Positions 53,661-64,000 of a stretch of DNA of 64,000 bases are shown here, in pieces. The position numbers and the translations under genes are program-made. Source of the stretch: Lytechinus pictus (Eukaryota); assembly GCF_037042905.1 (NCBI RefSeq), contig NC_087251.1, positions 40,612,001 to 40,676,000 of the forward strand. Direction: 5' to 3'. The notes beneath the pieces were generated by a model. That model was not told the origin of the DNA. It searched no databases and saw only the letters and a program-made list of their open reading frames with translations. Each line of letters starts with the position of its first letter. Position 1 is the first letter of the stretch.

Positions 53661-56641
53661 TTAAAATTGCTTTTAAAGGCATTTTGATAATTTAAACGGA
53701 AATAAACGTGCGCTGACGTATATAACATCATAAACTTCAATGCAGCGTGTCCCACAAGCAGGGGCGGAAATCTCTCGCAAAGGGTAGGGGGGACACAGGG
53801 GTGGATTCAGCCTTCGCCAATAGGGCGGACGGAAATTTGTTTCAGCCATATTTTCCCCGATCGGCAGCTCGAAGATTATTTTTGTTTGTTTCTTTGAAGG
53901 GATAGTCCTCATTAGTCACTTCTGAGCTTCATTCTTATGAATTAATATACAATATCATAATCCTTATTTATATGGTGTGAGCGCGAAGCGCGAGCAAAAT
54001 TTTTGGAAATTTTATGTATTTTTTCCTAAAATTTGAACTGATTCTGGGAAATGTTTCTTATCCTGAAAAAGATGTGTATCCAACTTAATAATTACCACGA
54101 ACGCAAAGCGCGAGCAGAAATGAACTGATGGAAAAGATACCTGTTAAAGTAGCATTTAACAATCAAATAATGCGAGCGCGAAGCGCGAGCTGATTTTTTT
54201 TTACATTTTCACCTAAAGAATGGAAATTCTAAGCAATTTTTGTAACTCAAGCAGAAAAGGTATATAAATAAGCAATTAATGCGAGCGCGAAGCGCGAGCA
54301 GAAAATTTCGAGATTTAGTCCAATAATATTTACTGAACGAGACACTCTATTCATGTTTTGTAAATCCTGAAAAGGATGAGTATCAATAATGCGAGCGCAA
54401 AGTGCGAGCAGAAAATGTTTATATACGTTTTGAACTGGTACCTGTTGAAAAGGTACGTGGTAAGTACTGCTTGCACTTAGCCATGAAGGCGTTACATATT
54501 TCAACAATCTAAAAATGCGAACGCGAAGCGCGAGCTGAAAAATTTTGAACTTTCTAAAGAAAGAATGGAAAATTTTAATCAGTTTTTGTAATCGTGAACA
54601 GGATAGCTATATAATTTAACGATTGATGCGAGCGCGAAGCGCGAGCAGAAAAAAAAATTCGAGATTTAGACCTAAAAGTTCATGTTTTGTAAATCATCAA
54701 AAGGATGAGTAATATGGGGTCTTCCTACATTAATAATTCGAGCACAAAGCGCGAGCAGAAATTTTTTGATATTGTGATCGGAAACTGGATAATGATTTAA
54801 ATTAGAGAACAAGTTGAGTATCTGAATAAACATGCGCGAGCGTGTTTCATATTTAGACCTAGAATCTAGGCATTTTAAATACAACTTTAATGATGAAAAT
54901 CATGAAACTTTGATATTCCGATCTGAAAAAAAGAGTCAATTTCAGCTTTATATTTCACGCACTTTGTAGAAAAATTATAAGGTGGATATGGATCGCACTT
55001 AAAAATTATTATTACTTTGAGTTTTGACATAGGACCGGGACATCCTGACGACATGTCATCACATGAAAATGATGACTATCTTCCTATTCCTCTTGTTAAG
55101 CGCGAGATGAAACAAAAGGGACAATTTGATTATTAAATTAATATATTTATTAAAATTGCTTTTAAAGGCATTTTGATAATTTAAACGGAAATAAACGTGC
55201 GCTGACGTATATAACATCATAAACTTCAATGCAGCGTGTCCCACAAGCAGGGGCGGAAATCTCTCGCAAAGGGTAGGGGGGACACAGGGGTGGATTCAGC
55301 CTTCGCCAATAGGGCGGACGGAAATTTGTTTCAGCCATATTTTCCCCGATCGGCAGCTCGAAGATTATTTTTGTTTGTTTCTTTGAAGGGATAGTCCTCA
55401 TTAGTCACTTCTGAGCTTCATTCTTATGAATTAATATACAATATCATAATCCTTATTTATATGGTGTGAGCGCGAAGCGCGAGCAAAATTTTTGGAAATT
55501 TTATGTATTTTTTCCTAAAATTTGAACTGATTCTGGGAAATGTTTCTTATCCTGAAAAAGATGTGTATCCAACTTAATAATTACCACGAACGCAAAGCGC
55601 GAGCAGAAATGAACTGATGGAAAAGATACCTGTTAAAGTAGCATTTAACAATCAAATAATGCGAGCGCGAAGCGCGAGCTGATTTTTTTTTACATTTTCA
55701 CCTAAAGAATGGAAATTCTAAGCAATTTTTGTAACTCAAGCAGAAAAGGTATATAAATAAGCAATTAATGCGAGCGCGAAGCGCGAGCAGAAAATTTCGA
55801 GATTTAGTCCAATAATATTTACTGAACGAGACACTCTATTCATGTTTTGTAAATCCTGAAAAGGATGAGTATCAATAATGCGAGCGCAAAGTGCGAGCAG
55901 AAAATGTTTATATACGTTTTGAACTGGTACCTGTTGAAAAGGTACGTGGTAAGTACTGCTTGCACTTAGCCATGAAGGCGTTACATATTTCAACAATCTA
56001 AAAATGCGAACGCGAAGCGCGAGCTGAAAAATTTTGAACTTTCTAAAGAAAGAATGGAAAATTTTAATCAGTTTTTGTAATCGTGAACAGGATAGCTATA
56101 TAATTTAACGATTGATGCGAGCGCGAAGCGCGAGCAGAAAAAAAAAATCGAGATTTAGACCTAAAAGTTCATGTTTTGTAAATCATCAAAAGGATGAGTA
56201 ATATGGGGTCTTCCTACATTAATAATTCGAGCACAAAGCGCGAGCAGAAATTTTTTGATATTGTGATCGGAAACTGGATAATGATTTAAATTAGAGAACA
56301 AGTTGAGTATCTGAATAAACATGCGCGAGCGTGTTTCATATTTAGACCTAGAATCTAGGCATTTTAAATACAACTTTAATGATGAAAATCATGAAACTTT
56401 GATATTCCGATCTGAAAAAAGAGTCAATTTCAGCTTTATATTTCACGCACTTTGTAGAAAAATTATAAGGTGGATATGGATCGCACTTAAAAATTATTAT
56501 TACTTTGAGTTTTGACATAGGACCGGGACATCCTGACGACATGTCATCACATGAAAATGATGACTATCTTCCTATTCCTCTTGTTAAGCGCGAGATGAAA
56601 CAAAAGGGACAATTTGATTATTAAATTAATATATTTATTAA
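53661..56641. repeat. Near-identical tandem duplication, period 1488-1489 bp
   Basis: 53661-55153 matches 55150-56641; identical ORF pairs offset by 1489; TTAA at all three boundaries. Confidence 0.95.
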
Positions 56642-57623
56642 TGCCTAATGAGGGCGCGAAATCTGATGATATCATGGCATAAAAACTGGACATTTCACTT
56701 TTGAGATTATGAATAGGATGCATCAGTTAATATATTTTTAACCATTAATGCGAGCGCAAATCGCGAGCTAAAATTTTTGATAAACTGTCATGAAAGGGGA
56801 TTTTAAGTATTTTGTTGTATAATCAATATTGAAACATTCATATCACTCGCCAATCAGAATGCGGGCGTGCAGCGCGCTAGCTGATACGTCTTGACAATCA
56901 GACCTGAAGAGGGATATTTTGACAACTTTATGGAATACACGAAAATAATAGGTACCTGGTAAATCAAAATTTGCGAGCGCGCAGCGCAAGCAGCAAATGT
57001 TAACATTCAGACCATAAAACTGACATTTTACAGAGCACTTTTTAAAAACCAATTTGTAAATTGCACAAAATAATGAAAGTTTGATTTCCGAGGTGAAATA
57101 TGTTTTGTATGTTGACTTCCAAACTTGATATTCGAACTCCATATTGAACAAGATATGTAAATCACCTAACAGGCAATGCGAGCGCGAAGCGCGATCGAAA
57201 ATTTTATATAGTGGCACGAAAGATTCTTTTTATTTTCCAAGTCTTCCCCTCATCTGATTTTATGCACTCGTCGTCCTTCTCTTCTGTTTCTCCTTTCCCC
57301 TCCTTTTTTCCTTCCTTCTTTCTTTCCCTTTTTTCTTTTTTTGCTCCGCCAAGAGGGGGGGGGGGGCGGGCCCCTCGGCCCCCTGGATCCGCCTATGGGG
57401 ACAAGGGGCGGGAAAAATTGACAAGCAAAAAAAAGGTTATCATCGCCAAAGTAAGGTCATCTCGTCCCAAAATACATGTTTTATTTCGATTTAGAATGAT
57501 GTATTTCTTACCATCATATAAAAAGACCAAAATAGTAGGGGGGACATTTGATATTGTGTCCCCCCTACTATTTTGAGTAGGGGGGACACGTCCCTCCTGT
57601 CCCCCCTGGGATTTCCGCCCATG
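53759..57623. mobile_element. hAT-like non-autonomous element X (left end duplicated at 53759 and 55248)
   Basis: CAGGGGCGGAAATC / GATTTCCGCCCATG; 8-bp TSD CCCACAAG (53751-53758, 55240-55247, 57624-57631). Confidence 0.85.
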
Positions 57624-58091
57624 CCCACAAGATATGCTGATGGAACTCTAAATAAGTATAATGTGAAATTTCCATATCACGTTGTATATAATTTTATTAT
57701 CGTAAACAAGCATTTATTATACAACAGGCTTCACTTTTTATGCGATATGATCCATTGAATACATAGCTACGATCCTTCTTTTAGTACTCATCACAAAACC
57801 TTTTAATCCAAGTGCCGAATAAATAAAGTACGTAGTCCATTTACCATGTTTACGTCTTCCCTTGTTTTTTAATATCTATTTTAGATATTGGGCCGAAAAC
57901 TTACGGGCTCATACTTAGATTTTGAAAATGGAAGGTTTAAGAGATTGGCATGATATAACATAAAAATTATATCTAACGACATATATACATTTTTTAAAGC
58001 CATGATCTCATCTATTTGTCAGAGGGGATGAATGAAAAGGTCATCCCATGTCATGAATGAAAGAAAATCCTCGCAGATTTACGTCCGTGGC

Positions 58092-61000
58092 TATGAGGCG
58101 CCGAATGTACCAATATTATATAGAACAATTATTTGTTATATAATCATTATTTGTTAAATAATAACTATTATTTATATATAATTTACATTTTATTTGTAAA
58201 TAACTACTATTATATAAAATATCATTTCTAATTATTTATATATAATTCCAAGTAATACTTCATTATTTGTAAATAATAATAGTTCGACATTCCATTATTT
58301 ATAAATAATGATTATTTGTTTTTCATTATTTATAAATAATGATTATTTGTTTTTCATTATTTATAAATAGTGATTATTTGTTTTTCATTATTTATAAATA
58401 ATGATTATTTGTTTTTCATTATTTATATATAATGATTATTTGTTTTTCATTATTTACAAATAATGATTATTTGTTTTTCATTATTTATAAATAATGATTA
58501 TTTGTTTTTCATTATTTATAAATAATGATTATTTGTTTTTCATTATTTATAAATAATGATTATTTGTTTTTCATTATTTACAAATAATGATTATTTGTTT
58601 TTCATTATTTATAAATAATGATTATTTGTTTTTCATTATTTATAAATAATTTGTTGAGTTTTCCATTATTTATAAATAATGATTATTTGTTAAATAATGA
58701 AAACGTCTACTTCATTATTTATAAATAATTTTTTCGAGTGCACCATTATTCTCATTATTTATAAATAATCATTATTTAATGTTCGAGTTTTCCATTATTT
58801 ATAAATAAAGATTATTTGTTAAATAATGCCATTATTTATTAAATAATGCCATTATTTATTAAATAATGCCATTATTTATTAAATAATGCCATTATTTATT
58901 AAATAATGCCATTATTTATTAAATAATGGAAAACTCGCTATAACATGCAAATGTGGGACCGCCCATGATATGAATATTCATGATGCGATTTCCTTTTTCG
59001 TGATTTTTCTTCACAAATTTTTGTCCATTTCCTCTTCATAATGACATTTCTTGGAGCAATTTTCTAGGGATATGGTCTGATTGTAATATTCTTCATTTTC
59101 TATATAACTTCGTCTTCGTAGAAATATCAAAAAGTGTAATTTTATACGATTTTTCCTACAGTTCACAATCCCCATAGGCGCGCGTGTACGGTAGGGACAA
59201 CCGGTGAATCGACGGAGTGCTCTTCATCGAAATACTACGTTGGTTGGTCCCCGGAAGTGGCGGGCGGAATTTAGCCCGAATCCTCGATGGAAGTCGATCA
59301 AGTGCATATGAGCTGAGAGAGTGAAATATCAGTGTACTTGTACAGGCCCTTCTACTTTTTATAAATATTTCTTGTTGCTTTTTTGGTTAAGTTAATTTTC
59401 CTGGTGTAGAGATAAGTTTCAGTTCTAATAATGCACTTCAAATACATTTTGGAGTGTCTGTTTGAGGCGTTTGGGGCGATTTCACCCTGGCCCCAAAATG
59501 CTCGCAACGACAATACGGGGGCATGATGACCCCTAAATTTTTAAAAACTTATTTTTCTATTGAAAATTATCACAAAATTCACCAAAAGTGTGCACGAAAG
59601 CCTTCGTATTTCACTTTTAAAACTCCGAAAAGTGCCCAAATGACAAGCTTGGTCGCTTCGCTGTGTCGCTTTCAACTTGAGAACGTTTACGCGTCTGCTC
59701 CCCCCCGGCCCCCCTCCTCCGAAAGAAATTCTGTATACGGCCATGCTCTAAAGAGCCTGGCACATTGATTTATGTATACTTTCATTTTCATTATTTTTAT
59801 CTCATTATCAACATGGCCTTACGCAGAATTTTTTCCAGGGGGGCCGGGGCCGGAGCATGACGCGCGTAAACTTTCTCAAAAAAATCTTGAAAGCGAGACA
59901 GCCACGGGAACAAGCCCAAATGACAAGCTTTGTCGCTTCGCTGTCTCGCTTTCAACTTGAGAACGTTTACACGCGTCTGCCCCCACCCCCCGAAAGAAAT
60001 TATGTGAACGGCCATGCTCAAAAGAGCATATGGCACATTGATTTATATGTACTTTTCATTTTCATTATTTTTATCACATTATCATCATGGCCTTACACAG
60101 AATTTTTACCGGGGGGGGGGGGGGCAGCTAGGACGTGCGTAAAGTTTCTCAAATAAATCTTGAAAGCGAGACAGCGACGCGACCAAGCTCAAATGACAAG
60201 CTTGGTCGCTTCGCTTTCTCAAGATTTTTATGAGAAAGTTTACGCGCGTCCTGCTCCCCCCACCCCCCCCCCCCCCCCCCCCGAAAAAATTCTGCGTAAG
60301 GCCATGATGATAATGAGATAAAAATAATGAAAATGAAGTATACATAAATCAATGTGCCAGGCTCTTTAGAGCATGGCCGTATACAGAATTTCTTTCGGAG
60401 GAGGGGGGGGGGGGGAAGCAGACGCGTAAACGTTCTCAAGTTGAAAGCGACACAGCGAAGCGACCAAGCTTGTCATTTGGGCACTTTTTGGAGTTTTAAA
60501 AGTGAAATACGAAGGCTTTCGTGCACACTTTTGGTGAATTTTGTGATAATTTTCAATAGAAAAATAAGTTTTTAAAAAATTAGGAGTCATCATGCCCCCG
60601 TATTGTCGTTGCGAGCATTTTGGGGCCAGGCCCAGGGTGAAATCGCCCCAAACGCCTCAAACAGACACTCCAAAATGTATTTGAAGTGCATTATTAGAAC
60701 TGAAACTTATCTCTACACCAGGAAAAATTAACTTAACCAAAAAAGCAACAAGAAATATTTATAAAAAGTAGAAGGGCCTGTACAAGTACACTGATATTTC
60801 ACTCTCTCAGCTCATATGCACTTGATCGACTTCCATCGAGGATTCGGGCTAAATTCCGCCCGCCACTTCCGGGGACCAACCAACGTAGTATTTCGATGAA
60901 GAGCACTCCGTCGATTCACCGGTTGTCCCTACCGTACACGCGCGCCTATGGGGATTGTGAACTGTAGGAAAAATCGTATAAAATTACACTTTTTGATATT

Positions 61001-62022
61001 TCTACGAAGACGAAGTTATATAGAAAATGAAGAATATTACAATCAGACCATATCCCTAGAAAATTGCTTCAAGAAATGTCATTATGAAGAGGAAATGGAC
61101 AAAAATTTGTGAAGAAAAATCACGAAAAAGGAAATCGCATCATGAATATTCATATCATGGGCGGTCCCACATTTGCATGTTATAGCGAGTTTTCCATTAT
61201 TTAATAAATAATGGCATTATTTAATAAATAATGGCATTATTTAATAAATAATGGCATTATTTAACAAATAATCTTTATTTATAAATAATGGAAAACTCGA
61301 ACATTAAATAATGATTATTTATAAATAATGAGAATAATGGTGCACTCGAAAAAAATTATTTATAAATAATGAAGTAGACGTTTTCATTATTTAACAAATA
61401 ATCATTATTTATAAATAATGGAAAACTCAACAAATTATTTATAAATAATGAAAAACAAATAATCATTATTTATAAATAATGGAAAACTCAACAAATTATT
61501 TATAAATAATGAAAAACAAATAATCATTATTTATAAATAATGAAAAACAAATAATCATTATTTGTAAATAATGAAAAACAAATAATCATTATTTATAAAT
61601 AATGAAAAACAAATAATCATTATTTATAAATAATGAAAAACAAATAATCATTATTTATAAATAATGAAAAACAAATAATCATTATTTGTAAATAATGAAA
61701 AACAAATAATCATTATTTGTAAATAATGAAAAACAAATAATCATTATTTATAAATAATGAAAAACAAATAATCATTATTTATAAATAATGAAAAACAAAT
61801 AATCATTATTTATAAATAATGGAATGTCGAACTATTATTATTTACAAATAATGAAGTATTACTTGGAATTATATATAAATAATTAGAAATGATATTTTAT
61901 ATAATAGTAGTTATTTACAAATAAAATGTAAATTATATATAAATAATAGTTATTATTTAACAAATAATGATTATATAACAAATAATTGTTCTATATAATA
62001 TTGGTACATTCGGCGCCTCGTA
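58092..62022. mobile_element. IS3EU-like non-autonomous foldback element with ~1.8-kb TIRs
   Basis: TATGAGGCGCCGAATGTACC ... GGTACATTCGGCGCCTCGTA; 6-bp TSD CGTGGC (58086-58091, 62023-62028); arms ~58092-59900 and ~60205-62022. Confidence 0.8.
58292..58930. repeat. 31-bp and 20-bp AT-rich tandem arrays in the left TIR (mirrored at 61190-61822)
   Basis: (CATTATTTATAAATAATGATTATTTGTTTTT)n and (ATTATTTATTAAATAATGCC)n. Confidence 0.9.
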
Positions 62023-64000
62023 CGTGGCTGAACGTGAAAAGATATAATTTGCACAGAATCAACAAATAACAAGTCGTGTTAGCTGAGCCCGACTACATAA
62101 TATGTACACATATTACTTAATACAAAACTTGTCGGATGGAGAGGTTTCCTGGTGTGAAATGAAAAAAAAAAAATCATATTCTTGTGATTATTGGACAACA
62201 TCACATAAAGTTTCAGCAAGTTATTGAAAATTAATTGTAGATCATGTAGATTATACGGGTGTAAGATTTAAACAATATATTATGATTTCAATATTGTACC
62301 CATCTATAGATGGTCATTAGCGTTTTTGGACACGCTGTATTTACGTGGTTCTCCTGTATAAGCGGGGGTGGGGGCTACTGTACGTATAGGGAGAGGTGGG
62401 ATGGGGGAGGAGGCTTCATGACAAATGGTCAGTTGAATATTTAAAATTCCAAGCGGGATGATATAGGCCCTCTACCCGAAGAATGCTATTGATGTAAGGA
62501 ATTTCATTATTTCATCTTCATATCATTTTCATTTAAGTTATTCTCCCTAAATCAATCAAAATACAAAACATATAACTTATTCTAAATGATTACAATAAAT
62601 GTAGACAAAAAAGAAATACAATCATGAGCGTTATACCCCGCATTATACATTCAAAGTGGAGAGACCTAAAGTACAGCAAAAGCATGTTTTGAATTGCCCA
62701 TTGACAGATAAGAATTTAACTGCACAATCATTGACAACTGAAAAAAAATAGAGCAGAGCTCGGAGAAAGCATGGAGGTAGAAAGAAACAGTAATGCACAA
62801 GGACGAAAATAAAAAGAGTGGTACAAAACAGAAGGACACACAGGTTTCTAGAGGGAGAGGGTGGGAGGGAGGGAGGGAGGAGGGGAGGGAGGGGTGGTGC
62901 AAATTAAAGCTGAAAGTAAAAAGAGGAATACCGCATGATGATGGAATCATCAAGGCCCTGTATCACTCATTATAGTAGTTCGATTAGGCATAGAGTTGTA
63001 AGTCTAAAAGCCTAAAAAGTCAATCTTAGATAATTATCAATATAAGCATAGGCTTATGTCACATCATACGGTTAACATTTATGAAGTGAAACATGCTCTT
63101 AAAAAAATATATGAATCTTTTAATCCACAGCCCAAATGAATCTTAATCGTATTAATTCTTGGAATGAAGATATATCTTTCAGATCGACTATTAGTATTGG
63201 ATGTATTCATATGGTATTAAAAAGGATTTCGACATTCTTTTTTCAATACTTTGAATTTTTCTATCCTCATTTTGCCATCCCCATTTACACGATTTACCCC
63301 CTCCTTCTCCTTTCTTCCCCCCCCCCCCGCTCTTCCCCTGTCCCTCACTCTCTCTTTAAACATGCACGGTAAAGAAACATAAAAGCAGTCTTCATCAACC
63401 CACTTACCATAATCGACCGATCCTGAACGTGTCCGTTCATATAAGTCACTCTTTGCTAACACCTTACAATGTTATGCTATCTTTAGATTACCATGACAAC
63501 AACCTTCGTCATACTTTTCAACCTGTAAGATGACGACATTCACATTGTGGTCATGTGCAAGGTTCCGAATTGTTTTATTAGCCATCATGTCTCCTCTGTT
63601 TATATCTTGCTCAATGTCATTTGCTTGATTGGGACAGTCTTTTTTTATCGAAAGAATACAGGTTTAGGGCCTAAAGCCTGTAAGATGAATATACAATGTA
63701 CAGGGGGCACTATATATTTTGATAGGGGCAAGACGACCCAAACAAGACACCATTTGTTTTGTTTTTTTGTGTTTTTATTTATTTCATTATCGAATATAAG
63801 GGGTAGAATACAGTGCGTATAACTAGTTGATACTTGGGCTTAGGTCTTATCAATCAGATTAAAGTATAAATTGTTGACAGAGTTTCACACTTTATTGGAA
63901 AGCTCGCGGAGACCTGTTTCTGTTATTTTCACGTTGCATGTGTAAGGGAAAAGGTGAAAAAAAAACCGAACTTATCTTGCTGTACATTTTTCAATTTATT

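Noticed and set aside
53673..56373. Duplicated 70-86 aa ORFs as a tandem gene pair
   Set aside because: Their identity is a by-product of the tandem duplication of a non-coding transposon

Overview
AT-rich, non-coding eukaryotic DNA, intergenic or intronic. It is metazoan; the repeat repertoire suggests a marine invertebrate such as a sea urchin, but that is inference. I find no intact protein-coding gene, rRNA, true tRNA gene or CRISPR array. The supplied ORFs are chance frames, microsatellite or TIR read-through, or dead LINE fragments. The window is densely populated by non-autonomous transposons, many with readable termini and target-site duplications (TSDs): Kolobok-like TTAA MITEs, piggyBac-like, hAT-like (8-bp TSD), Harbinger-like (3-bp TSD), Mutator-like (9-bp TSD), Helentron/HINE-like elements, tRNA-derived SINEs, and CR1, L2 and L1/Tx1 3' fragments, plus micro- and minisatellites. 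Five structures stand out. (1) A ~530-bp palindromic Penelope-like insertion with a 14-bp TSD and minimal hammerhead-ribozyme cores on both strands (35448-35977). (2) A 3.9-kb foldback element with ~1.8-kb near-identical arms, TAY..RTA ends and a 6-bp TSD (IS3EU-like, 58092-62022). (3) A three-level nested transposon stack (43056-47465). (4) A near-identical 1.49-kb tandem duplication across a hAT terminus. (5) A local triplicated and inverted segment whose paralogues give filled and empty insertion sites. Superfamily calls rest on termini and TSD rules, not on database searches.
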